DNA from: a bacterium
GTDB lineage: Bacteria; Hinthialibacterota; Hinthialibacteria; Hinthialibacterales; Hinthialibacteraceae
Direction of reading: 5' to 3'
Length of the DNA stretch: 64,000 nt
Assembly (NCBI GenBank): GCA_041946805.1
Contig: JBHGBC010000007.1
Span: forward strand, 1-64,000
Shown here: in pieces, positions 20,852 to 29,950 of the stretch
Layout: every line of letters starts with the position of its first letter
Numbering within the stretch: the stretch's first letter is position 1
Position numbers and translations under genes: made by a program
Notes under the pieces: generated by a model
Told to the model about the DNA's origin: nothing
Seen by the model: the letters and a program-made list of their open reading frames with translations, nothing else
Databases searched by the model: none

Positions 20852-20883
20852 CGCCTCCACCTCCAGCACCAGATGATTCAAAC

Positions 20884-20920
20884 AAACCGGGGCAGGGGGA
20901 TGATCCTGCCCTGGTTTTTT
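20884..20920 (+). terminator. Rho-independent terminator
   Basis: aaaccggggcagg...cctgccctggtttttt hairpin plus U-tract after the ThuA-like gene. Confidence 0.7.
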
Positions 20921-20943
20921 CATTTTTTAGAGCAACTTTTTTT

Positions 20944-21106
20944 GCTACTGTTTACTGAATTGCAGCGAAGGGATGAATTTCGCCCTTTCAGGGCTTCCCT
21001 CACCCTGACCCTCTCCCAGAGGGAGAGGGAATCGTTTCGCGTTCCCATCAATACTCGTATCACGAATTAGTCATTATGAAAGTTCGGCATTCGGGTAAAT
21101 AGTTAC
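20944..21106. mobile_element. 163-bp MITE family B (opposite orientation to 18036-18198)
   Basis: Imperfect TIRs gctactgtttac / gtaaatagttac; REP core 20997-21030; right TIR overlaps the TAA stop at 21103-21105. Confidence 0.75.
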
Positions 21107-21594
21107 CTTTTTATTAAACCACGCGGCCACCAGCGGTTCACGCGCCCGCAATATTCGATGTACGCCTCGCCGAAGGTCCGCCGCAAGGCCGGTTCTTCAT
21201 AAAGAACGGTAAAGAGATGGCATCCGGTCACCAGCAGGAGCGCGTACACGAGAAGCGTGCCGGATTCAAAAAAGACGGATTCGCCCAGGATTACCAGGAA
21301 CATCCCCCAATACATGGGATTCCGGACATATTGATACGGGCCTTGCACCACCAGGTGCTTGGGAGGATCGATGGGCGCCGGAGTTCCCTGTCCATACATC
21401 ACGAAATTCAGGGCGCACCAACCGGCCAACGCGGTTCCGGCTAGAAACACGGGTAGTCCCAGCCAACGCAGCGGTCCCAACTCCGCTTGGTATAGTTCGC
21501 GATGAGTTGAAATAAACCAATACGGAATCCATCCGGCCACCGTTCCTGGGATCAATACCGCGAAACAGAGGGTTTTAAGCCATATCTTGGTCAT
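21103..21594 (-). CDS. Isoprenylcysteine carboxyl methyltransferase/PEMT-family membrane protein
   Basis: GTPAP.DPP..LVV.GPY.YVRNPMY and EE..L...FGEAY..Y...V.RW; ATG overlaps upstream TGA (ATGA). Confidence 0.85.
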   Translation of the reverse strand: MTKIWLKTLCFAVLIPGTVAGWIPYWFISTHRELYQAELGPLRWLGLPVFLAGTALAGWCALNFVMYGQGTPAPIDPPKHLVVQGPYQYVRNPMYWGMFLVILGESVFFESGTLLVYALLLVTGCHLFTVLYEEPALRRTFGEAYIEYCGRVNRWWPRGLIKR

Positions 21595-23006
21595 TGTTGC
21601 CCGTCCGGAGACACGCGCTTCAAATACAGCACCGCGTCCGCTTTTGCGAAGGGTGATTTCAATTGGCGGGTTTCGCCACCGGAAATGGATTCTCCCTTCT
21701 CTGTAGTATCCTGTGACGGATTGAACCATTCCACCGTGAACGATCCTTCCGCTGGCGTGAGATCCACGGTCACTTCGCCTTCCTCCGGCAGGTAGACCAG
21801 ATATTCCCGGCCGGGATCGGCCAGGCAATACCGGCTGGAGGCCAGGTCATCCCGGGGCGTCATGTCCGCGAGGTTCATCCGTTCCGCGTAGCGGAGGGTA
21901 TATCCCAGGGAGCGTCGGACGGGATCCCATTGCGGATCGAAGGGATTGCCCAAGGTCACGCCGTCATAGGGATCCATGAAGAGGGGATGGAGGCCGCGGG
22001 TGAAGCTCTTCCACACCCAGGCTTGATGGCCGCCGATGCCCCAGAGGTGGTCGGTGTCGTTGAGGATGACTTTCCGGCCATCGTTGGCCGGAGGATCTTC
22101 CCGGTAACCGCCATCGGGATTGGGGGAGATCCAATCGGCGGGGCTGTCGAACAGAGACTGATTGCCGCCGCCCTTGTACTGGAACGTCATGCCCACGGGA
22201 TGCTGCAGGGGCTTGGATTTCTCGTACGCGTGAATCAGGCGGATCATGTGATATTGCCACGGCGTGGAAGGCGGGTGGTTCTCATTCGAGATTTCGTACA
22301 GCACGTTGTCCAGATCGTTTACCGTGTCGATCACGTGCTTGACGTAGGCTTCCTGAATGGCCGTGACCGCGGGGTTTTTCAGCGTGTGGATTTCCAAGCC
22401 CTGGCCGTCGCTGTTCAAGTCGCCGTTGATGCCGTTGATGTTGTTGTCTTGGTTGAAGGGATGGCCTTTCCAGGCGCCGGGGGCGAATTGCACTCCCCAG
22501 CCTTCGAACAGCATGATGGAGACATAAATCCCCCGGTCCCGCGCCGCCGCGGTCCGGGAGTGAAGCCGGTCGAAATAATCGGAATTCCAGCGCGCGAGGT
22601 CGAACTTGGGCTTGCCGTCCAAGGCGTTGCCCGGCCCGGTGCGCGCCCAGGGATGCGGCGCCGCGTGGTGCAAGGTAATCGGGGTATGCTGGCTGTTGGC
22701 TTCCGTGTTCCACCACACCAGTTCCCACGTCCACATGCGCATGAAGTTGTGGTTGAGGTTTTTCATCCAATCGAGGTAAGCGATGTAATCGAAAGGTTTG
22801 GGGGGATCTTCCGGACCCATATCCACCAGGTTGTACCAGACGTGCGAACCAGTGAGATACACCGCTTTCCCGCTGCCGTCGGTGAAATAGCGGGGATTTT
22901 TCTCCAATACCCGCAACGGGCCTTTGGCGGGATCTCCCGCGGCGGAAAGGACAAGGACGAGCAGGAAGGCGAAGGCAAAACCGGATTGCGGGATTTTAAT
23001 CTTCAT
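21591..23006 (-). CDS. Secreted TIM-barrel glycoside-hydrolase-like protein with C-terminal putative collagen-binding-like domain
   Basis: Signal peptide; NPRYFTDGSGKAVYLTGSH, NVLYEISNE, C-terminal EYLVYLP...VEWFNP. Confidence 0.6.
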   Translation of the reverse strand: MKIKIPQSGFAFAFLLVLVLSAAGDPAKGPLRVLEKNPRYFTDGSGKAVYLTGSHVWYNLVDMGPEDPPKPFDYIAYLDWMKNLNHNFMRMWTWELVWWNTEANSQHTPITLHHAAPHPWARTGPGNALDGKPKFDLARWNSDYFDRLHSRTAAARDRGIYVSIMLFEGWGVQFAPGAWKGHPFNQDNNINGINGDLNSDGQGLEIHTLKNPAVTAIQEAYVKHVIDTVNDLDNVLYEISNENHPPSTPWQYHMIRLIHAYEKSKPLQHPVGMTFQYKGGGNQSLFDSPADWISPNPDGGYREDPPANDGRKVILNDTDHLWGIGGHQAWVWKSFTRGLHPLFMDPYDGVTLGNPFDPQWDPVRRSLGYTLRYAERMNLADMTPRDDLASSRYCLADPGREYLVYLPEEGEVTVDLTPAEGSFTVEWFNPSQDTTEKGESISGGETRQLKSPFAKADAVLYLKRVSPDGQQ

Positions 23007-23170
23007 GAGGGCGCTCCTGAACGAGTCGCTTGGTTTCGGCGCAATGCAGGCGTTTACCGAATAACGGCCCTACTGTAGCACAGGGATTGTGGAGAAGGGC
23101 AAGGGGAAATGAGAGGCATGGTGTCAAAGTCAGGCGTTCCCTTGCCCCGGCCAACGGTTTTCCCCGGTTT

Positions 23171-24340
23171 TCAGATTTGATACTGGATATCCCGTTTGGG
23201 GGCGGGGGGGCAATCCGTGCCGAGGTTGTCGATCAGTTTTTGATAGAGGGCTTCATACTGAGTGGTGATGAGATCCACATTGAATTTGCGTTGGACCAGT
23301 TCCCGCCCGGCCGCGCCCATTTGGCGTTGCAGGCCGGGATTGGTCAGGATCTTGACCGCCGCTTCGGCGATGCCCTGAATGCATCCCACCGGATTCAGAA
23401 AACCGGTCACGCCGTCTTCCACCACTTCCACAACGCCTCCCGCGCGGGTGGCCACCACGGGCGTGCCGCACGACATGGCCTCGGCGATGGTCATCCCGAA
23501 CGATTCGCGCTCGGAGGTGGAGATCAGCAGGTCGGAATCCTGCAGAATCTCCCCCACGCCGAGGCGGGGGCCCCAGAATTCGACCTTGTCCTGCAGCCCC
23601 AGCCGGTCCACCAGCATCTCCGCCTTGAGCCGTTCCGGCCCTTCGCCCACGAACACCAGCCGCGCGGGAACGGCCGAGACGATCAGGTCGAACACCTTGA
23701 TCACGTCCTCGATGCGTTTGACGGGGCGGAAATTGCTGATGTGCACAAGGGTTTTTTTCCGCCGCGCCGGCCGGGGATCATTGGGTGGCGGGGAAAAATA
23801 CTCGGTGTCAATCGGATTGTAGATGACCTGAATATCCTCTTTGATGTCGAATTCCGCCAACGTGGCTTTTTTCAAGTAATGGCTGACCGCCGTGACCGCG
23901 TTACACGAGTCGATGCTGAATTCCACCACCGGTTTGTAGGAGGGCATCTGGCCCACCAGTTCCGTGTCCGTGCCGTGCAGGGTGGCCACCACTTTCAAGG
24001 CGGCCTGGTATTGCTTGCAGAGCATCTGCTTGGCCAGGAAGGCGGAAGTGCAATGCGGGATGGCGTAATGCACGTGCAGGATGTCGAAGGGAGTTTCCTG
24101 GAAGATCTGGTAGATGCTCGAGGCCAGCGCCAGGGTGTAAGGAGGAAACTTGAACAGGGGATAGAGGGGGACATCGACGTGATGGAAATGAAACTGTTCA
24201 GTCGCTCCCTGAAGACGCCGGGGGACGTCGTAGCTGATGAAGTGGACCTGGTGGCCCCGGCGCGCCAGCGATTTGCCCAGTTCGGTGGCGACGATTCCGC
24301 TGCCGCCCACGGAGGGATAGCATACTATGCCGATTCGCAT
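23171..24340 (-). CDS. bshA: N-acetyl-alpha-D-glucosaminyl L-malate synthase (GT4)
   Basis: MRIGIVCYPSVGGSG.VATELG, LHVHYAIPH, TLHGTD, HISNFRPVKR, ESFG...AEAM. Confidence 0.88.
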   Translation of the reverse strand: MRIGIVCYPSVGGSGIVATELGKSLARRGHQVHFISYDVPRRLQGATEQFHFHHVDVPLYPLFKFPPYTLALASSIYQIFQETPFDILHVHYAIPHCTSAFLAKQMLCKQYQAALKVVATLHGTDTELVGQMPSYKPVVEFSIDSCNAVTAVSHYLKKATLAEFDIKEDIQVIYNPIDTEYFSPPPNDPRPARRKKTLVHISNFRPVKRIEDVIKVFDLIVSAVPARLVFVGEGPERLKAEMLVDRLGLQDKVEFWGPRLGVGEILQDSDLLISTSERESFGMTIAEAMSCGTPVVATRAGGVVEVVEDGVTGFLNPVGCIQGIAEAAVKILTNPGLQRQMGAAGRELVQRKFNVDLITTQYEALYQKLIDNLGTDCPPAPKRDIQYQI

Positions 24341-24414
24341 CGTGGTTTCCCCTTCTTTCGGGATTTTTCCGAGACGTGGTCCGCGTAGGTGATAAGGGTA
24401 TTTCTGCTGGCTGG

Positions 24415-24567
24415 TTCAGGCGGGCCCCAAGGTCCGTCCCTGCCAAAATTCCCTCACCCTGGCCCTCTCCCCGAGGGAGAGGGGATTTTGGGTTGATCTC
24501 TCAAACCAGACTGTTAGAAGACCAGCCGAGCTATCTGGAAAATAAGTGCGCGCTTACCGGGTGAACT
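24415..24567 (-). mobile_element. Degenerate/partial MITE family A copy
   Basis: REP core 24450-24486, second hairpin region 24419-24443, decayed TIR gtgcgcgcttaccgggtgaact at 24546-24567; other end not recognisable. Confidence 0.55.
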
Positions 24568-24570
24568 TAT

Positions 24571-26526
24571 TTATTCATGGGACATGGATTGAATGGATAA
24601 TCGGGCCAGTTCGACGCATCGCGCGAAATGGTCCACGATGGTTTTCAATTCCGTGACAATGGATTCGTATTTCGGGATCATGACCTCCAGAAAGGCGTTG
24701 CCCGTGTTGTCCCGGGGATATTCGGCCCGCTGCCGGCGGTAGTAAAGGTGCTGGACCGAATTTCCCAAAAACGCGTCGAACAGCTCGTCGCCGCACATTT
24801 CCACCCACAGCGCCTCGAATTCCCGCCACCGGCTTTGCGCTTCCGCCCCGCTCACGGCCTGGTTCCGGACAAGGTGTTTCCACTGGTTGAGCATTGCCTG
24901 CAGCCGGTCACATATCCCCCTGGATACCAGGAGGCGTTCATAACCTTGGCTCAGCCTGCCGGTCAGTTCGGTGACCTGAGCGGCGCGGCGCATCCCGCGG
25001 AACGTATCCAACCGTTCGGGGACACCGGGCGTTACGAGATATTTTCGCATCGCATCCCGCAGCGGCAAGCGGACCGTGCCTTCAAAGCGCGCGCCGCCCT
25101 CGGTCGCGTCGACGACCTCCACCCCGCATTCCGCCACGGTTTTTTCCAGGGCCTTGATGTAGAGCGAGAAGGGAACCGTGGTCGGCACTTCGTCTCCGTA
25201 ATAGCCGGGGACGAGCATCATCTTGCCGGATTCGGCCGCGGCCTTGCCTTCTTTTCCGCCGATGACCACCGTCCCGTCCTCACGCATGGGTTCGATTTGG
25301 CGGGACAAGGCGGCCGAGGCGGCGTGGGTGGCGCCGCCGCTCCGGGGGAAGGCGAAGTCAAAACCCGCGAGCAGAATGGGCGCGCACCCCATGTGCAGGG
25401 CCAGGTTCAAGGCGAGATGGCCGACGTTCATGGCCCGTTTCATCACGCCGTATTCCGATTCGAGATCGAAGAGAAACCGCAGCAGGGGCGAATTCGAGTC
25501 AAACAAGGGCAGGAGATAGGGATGGCTGGAGTATTTCTGGGTGATCTGCCGGTAAACCTCGGGATGGAACGCCAGAAACGCGTGACCCAGGGAATCGATC
25601 TGTTCAAAATGGCTGAAATTCAGGGGCGTCGGATCGCCGGTGACCACCACATCCGGCGCGACGCCGATGGTTTTCATCGTGTTTTGGGCTGTATCGACGA
25701 CAAACAGGGCCGCCCGGCCGTTCACCTCCCGCAGTTGGCGGACGTTCTTGTCCAGGGATGGCCCGGCGGCCGCCACGATGCCGGGAAAACCCCGCAGCAG
25801 GCCCGCGCAATCCTTCAAGGCGTACCCCCGCGCCAGGGATGGCAGGTTCATGAAGATATTGAACTGTCCCCGTCCCTGGTTTTCGATGTTGGTGCGCATG
25901 TTGACTTCATCGTAGGTCAGCATGTCGAGCAGCGCCTGCTGGGCCGCGGCGTAATAATCGGGGTCATAACGCAGGGAGGCGGGATGAGAGAGGATTTGAC
26001 AGTTGTGGATCACCAGGTCGCGGCGGGCGTCTTCCAATATCCGGGACGGGAGGGAAGCCGGGACCGCGTCCACCAGAAACTGGGTTCCGGGCCGTTGGAA
26101 CAGGCTCCGAAGGTCAAGGACCGACAGCGCCAGCCGGAGAACGCGCGGATCGCGTTCGATCACGACCAAAAAACGGATCCTCGTGACGTGAGCCTTCAAC
26201 AGGGTCAACAAATGATATCCCAGTCCGGCGCCCAGGACCAGCACATTGGTGGGCCGTTCGAGGACGACGCTTTCCGCCCACCGCTGGGCTTCGCGCAAGG
26301 GATCGTAGGCGCTATGCAGCAAAACCGGCTTGTCACGTCCCGGCGGGAGGACGCGGAGCGTGGGAGCGCCGCTTTTGGCGTGCGTCAGTTCGGCCGGGAA
26401 TCCATCCAGGGACGTGGTTTGGATGAGCCGCGCCAGTTCCGGGTGGGTTTGTTGGACCGCGGCGAGGTTGGCCTCCAGGATCGATGCTGACAAAACGCGC
26501 CTCCGGGGGATGGATGATGACGGCAT
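24571..26526 (-). CDS. Motility-associated factor (Maf/DUF115-type) flagellin glycosyltransferase
   Basis: LHSAYDP..EA, LGAGLGYH, AAGPSLDKN, DTA, PD.VVTGD, G..PI.L.GFDFAF, DATEGGA; directly downstream of motAB. Confidence 0.8.
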   Translation of the reverse strand: MPSSSIPRRRVLSASILEANLAAVQQTHPELARLIQTTSLDGFPAELTHAKSGAPTLRVLPPGRDKPVLLHSAYDPLREAQRWAESVVLERPTNVLVLGAGLGYHLLTLLKAHVTRIRFLVVIERDPRVLRLALSVLDLRSLFQRPGTQFLVDAVPASLPSRILEDARRDLVIHNCQILSHPASLRYDPDYYAAAQQALLDMLTYDEVNMRTNIENQGRGQFNIFMNLPSLARGYALKDCAGLLRGFPGIVAAAGPSLDKNVRQLREVNGRAALFVVDTAQNTMKTIGVAPDVVVTGDPTPLNFSHFEQIDSLGHAFLAFHPEVYRQITQKYSSHPYLLPLFDSNSPLLRFLFDLESEYGVMKRAMNVGHLALNLALHMGCAPILLAGFDFAFPRSGGATHAASAALSRQIEPMREDGTVVIGGKEGKAAAESGKMMLVPGYYGDEVPTTVPFSLYIKALEKTVAECGVEVVDATEGGARFEGTVRLPLRDAMRKYLVTPGVPERLDTFRGMRRAAQVTELTGRLSQGYERLLVSRGICDRLQAMLNQWKHLVRNQAVSGAEAQSRWREFEALWVEMCGDELFDAFLGNSVQHLYYRRQRAEYPRDNTGNAFLEVMIPKYESIVTELKTIVDHFARCVELARLSIQSMSHE

Positions 26527-26569
26527 TGTACCGCCGGCCGGGCCGGGGGATAAGCGTCCACCGGCGGGA

Positions 26570-27436
26570 TCACCGGGACCTTCCGGATGGCCTGTTGCTC
26601 CGGTTTCCATTGGTGTTGCGGGGCACGAAGTCTTTTTCATCCGGCGCGATCTTGGGATCACCATTTCCCGCCAGGATGCCCGTGAAGGTTTCGGACTGGC
26701 CGCCTTGCAAGAGCAAGATCTCCACCCGGCGGTTCAAGGCCCGGTGTTCCTCGGAATCGTTGGGAAAACGGGGCCGGTTGTCTCCACAGGACATGACGCT
26801 GAACCGGTCCTCCGGCACGCGGTTTTGGGGAGGCTCCAGCTGGACGCTCAGGTAGGTCATGGTTTCGAAAGCGCGCGCCTGCGCCAGCCGCCAACGGTCC
26901 TGGAAGGGGGAGTTGCCGGGCAGGGGCGTGTCATCGGCATGGCCTTCCACCCGTATGCGCAGATGGGGGAAATCGTTGAGGATACCGGCGAGGGTGTTCA
27001 AATACTGCTTGCCCTCCGGTGTGAGTAAAGCCACGCCCGGGTAGAACAGGATCCGGCCGGCCAGGGTGAAGCGGATGCCTTCTTTCACCCCTTCCACACG
27101 GACATCCTGGCTGTCTTGATCGGTCACCAGCCGGGACCGGGCTTGTTCGACAATGGCTTCCTTGGCCTTTTCGATGGCCGGGTCCCGCTGGACCGGTTCG
27201 GCCCGCTGGGGATGGTTGGACGGAGCCCGGATATACGAGATCGTGAACAGGCCGGGAATGCGGCCCAGCGCGCCCTGGATGGAGCCGATGGCCTGATTGA
27301 ATTTTTCCTGCTGCATGCTGCAAATCGAGAAGAGCAGGACAAAAAAGCAAAGCAGCAGCGACATCATGTCGGAGAAGGTGCACATCCATTCCGGCGCGCC
27401 GGCCGGTGGATCTTCTTCCTTGCGTCTGCGAGCCAT
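26570..27436 (-). CDS. motB: Flagellar stator B subunit (copy 2)
   Basis: WMCTFSDMMSLLLCFFVLL TM with Asp; OmpA-like PG-binding domain VEGHAD...NRRVEI. Confidence 0.9.
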   Translation of the reverse strand: MARRRKEEDPPAGAPEWMCTFSDMMSLLLCFFVLLFSICSMQQEKFNQAIGSIQGALGRIPGLFTISYIRAPSNHPQRAEPVQRDPAIEKAKEAIVEQARSRLVTDQDSQDVRVEGVKEGIRFTLAGRILFYPGVALLTPEGKQYLNTLAGILNDFPHLRIRVEGHADDTPLPGNSPFQDRWRLAQARAFETMTYLSVQLEPPQNRVPEDRFSVMSCGDNRPRFPNDSEEHRALNRRVEILLLQGGQSETFTGILAGNGDPKIAPDEKDFVPRNTNGNRSNRPSGRSR

Positions 27437-27450
27437 GAGTCGAAACCTCC

Positions 27451-28266
27451 TTAGGGGCGCGGGGAATCCGGCGGCATCAAGGGGGTCCGCGGATCCTTCA
27501 CGAGCGGTTCGCGGAAGTAGGTCCCATCGCCTTCATCGGTTTGCAGCAGGGTGATTTCCACCCGGCGGTTTTGTTTGCGGCCGATGGCGGTGGCGTTGTC
27601 CGCCCCGGGCACGGGCTGGTATTCACCGAACGATTCGTAGACGAACCGGTCTTCACTCACCTGACCGGCGGGGGATCCCATTTCGGAGAGGAATTTCATG
27701 ACCGTATACGCCCGGTTGGCTCCCAGCAGCCAGTTCACCCGCCGGTCGCCGCTGGCGTTGGTGTTGTCGGTGTGACCGCCGACCTTGACCGGATTGGTGG
27801 GGAATTGGATCAATTCGCCGGCCACGAATTGCAGGGCCGCGATCCCCTCGGCCTGCAGATGGTATTGCCCCGGCTCGAAAAGCACATCGCCGGAAAGGCG
27901 GAACGTGATGCCCAACTCGGTTCCCGTGACCTGGAGGACATTCTGCAGGTTGAGCGCCTGGATTCGCCGTTGCTCTTCGCGGAGCAGCTCTTCCTTGGCG
28001 TAGGATGTCCGTTTTCTGGTCTGGGCCGGGCGCGAGATCAAGGGATCCGTCTGCCGGAGGGGAAGGGGAGGGACCACGTAGGGGGCGGGGAGTCCGCCGA
28101 AAGCCGCCTTCAGGGAACCGGCCGCTTGGGTCATTTTCTTTTCTTCCATGGTGGACAGGGCAAAGAGCAGAACGAAAAAACACAACAGCAGCGACATCAT
28201 GTCGGAGAAGGTGCACATCCATTCCGGCGCGCCGGACGGAGTATCATCGGTTTTTTTTCTGCGCAT
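27451..28266 (-). CDS. motB: Flagellar stator B subunit (copy 1)
   Basis: WMCTFSDMMSLLLCFFVLL; VGGHTDN...NW.L...RA...NRRVEI. Confidence 0.9.
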   Translation of the reverse strand: MRRKKTDDTPSGAPEWMCTFSDMMSLLLCFFVLLFALSTMEEKKMTQAAGSLKAAFGGLPAPYVVPPLPLRQTDPLISRPAQTRKRTSYAKEELLREEQRRIQALNLQNVLQVTGTELGITFRLSGDVLFEPGQYHLQAEGIAALQFVAGELIQFPTNPVKVGGHTDNTNASGDRRVNWLLGANRAYTVMKFLSEMGSPAGQVSEDRFVYESFGEYQPVPGADNATAIGRKQNRRVEITLLQTDEGDGTYFREPLVKDPRTPLMPPDSPRP

Positions 28267-28315
28267 CGGGTCGTTGCCGGCCTGGTCCCGGGTCCGGGAA
28301 GCCGGATCCTCCTTG

Positions 28316-29080
28316 TCAGTCCTCCCGCGGGGGGCGCATGGTGGGCGCAAGAAACGCGAGCAGTTTTTGTTCCAGAATGCGGGGATTGTCCCCGGATTGG
28401 ATCGACATCACGCCTTCGATCGCCACTTCCTTGACCAGGATTTCTTCCTGGGACCGGGCTTTCAATTTGCCGGCCAGGGGAATGAAGAGCAAGTTGGCCA
28501 TGAGCGCGCCGTACAGGGTGGTCAACAGGGCCACGGCCATGGCGGGGCCGATGGCGGAGGGATCGTCGAGGTTTTTCAGCATGGCCACCAGGCCCACCAG
28601 GGTGCCGATCATCCCCAGGGCGGGGGCGACCGTTCCCATGTAGAGCAGGATGGATTGTCCGTTACGGTGCCGGTCTTCGATAAAGGCCAGTTCGGTTTGG
28701 AGGATATCCTTGATGAGCTCCGGTTCCACGCCGTCGACGGCCAGCCGCAGGCCGGAGCGGACGAACTCGTCTTCGATTTCATCCATGGAGGCTTCCAGCG
28801 ACAGGATGCCTTCCCGCCGCGCGCGTTCCGCGAAGCTGACCAAGGTGCTGACGGTGTCCAGGGGAGAGGCGGTTTGGGAGAAAAACGCGTTTTTGATGAC
28901 GCTGGTCAGACTGAGAACGGAGGGCAGCGGGAAGTTGATCAAGGCGCAGGCAAAAGTTCCTCCCACCACGATCATCACGGAGGGATAGTCGATATAGGTG
29001 TTGAGGCTGCCGCCGGTCAAGATCGCCGCGATGACCAGTCCGAAGGCGAGTACGAGGCCGACCACAGTCGAAAGATCCAC
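28316..29080 (-). CDS. motA: Flagellar stator A subunit (PomA/MotP-like)
   Basis: ARREGILSLE, APALGMIGTLVGL, DDPSAIGPAMAVALLTTLYG, SIQSGDNP; GTG start with AGGAGG. Confidence 0.93.
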   Translation of the reverse strand: MDLSTVVGLVLAFGLVIAAILTGGSLNTYIDYPSVMIVVGGTFACALINFPLPSVLSLTSVIKNAFFSQTASPLDTVSTLVSFAERARREGILSLEASMDEIEDEFVRSGLRLAVDGVEPELIKDILQTELAFIEDRHRNGQSILLYMGTVAPALGMIGTLVGLVAMLKNLDDPSAIGPAMAVALLTTLYGALMANLLFIPLAGKLKARSQEEILVKEVAIEGVMSIQSGDNPRILEQKLLAFLAPTMRPPRED

Positions 29081-29109
29081 AGGTAAACCTCCTGATTACC
29101 GGGGAGTGA

Positions 29110-29304
29110 TTAGGGCCGCGGAGGCATCCCGATTTCCCGTTTGTAGTCGATGCATTTTTCCCGCACCCGGTCGACCGGTTCCCGGACGAGGTATTTCCGG
29201 CCCGTGACCAGGGTGATGACGGTGTCCGGAGTCGCTTCGACGGTTTCGATCAGTTCGGCGTTCATCATGAAGGGCGTTCCGTTGAGTTTGGTCAGCTGGA
29301 TCAA
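29110..29304 (-). CDS. flbD: Flagellar FlbD-family protein
   Basis: LIQLTKLNG..F..NAELIETVEATPDTVITLVTG.KY.V.E; TTG start with AGGAGA RBS; located just before motA. Confidence 0.85.
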   Translation of the reverse strand: MIQLTKLNGTPFMMNAELIETVEATPDTVITLVTGRKYLVREPVDRVREKCIDYKREIGMPPRP

Positions 29305-29519
29305 GCCGGATCTCCTATAGAGAACTCCGGGCATGGCTTGCTGGATCAAGCTGTCCGGAATCGGTTCCTGAAATTTCTTCGTCAGCTCCTGACGGATACG
29401 CTGAATCCGATTTGCATCCCAAGGGCCCATGGTCATGGTATCTAAACGGAAACAGGGGAAAAACCGGCTTTTCCCCATGGATAAATCCTTCCCGGCCGCA
29501 GTGGGCCGAACCGCCTTCA

Positions 29520-29547
29520 TTATCAGCGTGCCGCCGGGCAAACTTGA
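29520..29547 (-). promoter_or_regulatory. Candidate sigma28 (FliA) promoter for flbD-motA-motB-motB-maf
   Basis: Minus strand TCAAGTTT-N12-GCTGATAA versus consensus TAAAGTTT-N11-GCCGATAA. Confidence 0.5.
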
Positions 29548-29881
29548 GTGGTAGCCCGGTAAACGCCCGCGAGGACAGCGGGGGCTTTGCCCAAAGATAT
29601 TTGAGTATCCGGAATGATTCGGCATCCATTTTAAAATCGAGTCCACCCAGACCCAAGGGATGCCGGACCCTCGCCGCGTTATTGCGTGAAGGGATGGGGG
29701 CGAACCCCCGGCCGCCTCCTGCCCCCTCCTGATTCGGATCAAAGCCCCATCGTGCTTTGATCTGAGGATGTATGAGGCGAGCCGGGGCCTGTGGCGTCCT
29801 GCTCCTGTTGTCATATGCTGGAGCCCCATGTGATCGCATTGTCATCCCCGGCCGCAAGCATGCGCCGCAACAGGAAAAGTC

Positions 29882-29911
29882 AGGCCGGAAATTCCAAGAA
29901 ATTTCCGGCCC
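29882..29911 (-). terminator. Hairpin downstream of flgE
   Basis: ggccggaaatt-ccaaga-aatttccggcc perfect 11-bp stem; short U-tract nearby on minus strand. Confidence 0.55.
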
Positions 29912-29950
29912 CCTCAACACGCAAGATCAATAGGGATCTCGAAAGAGTAT

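Noticed and set aside
24628..26490. Long antisense/alternate-frame ORFs (also 11543-13084, 18474-19988, 23030-24388, 30749-32788, 40842-42455, 41105-42673, 43425-44999, 47112-48764, 49457-51196, 62518-63831)
   Set aside because: They overlap well-supported genes, have no recognisable motifs, and are expected shadows in high-GC coding DNA
29530..29600. Possible c-di-GMP-I riboswitch upstream of flbD (GGCAAA motifs)
   Set aside because: Lacks the GAAA tetraloop/receptor and GCAAAGC..GGUCUAA layout; better explained by a sigma28 box plus a simple stem. An Infernal scan would settle it
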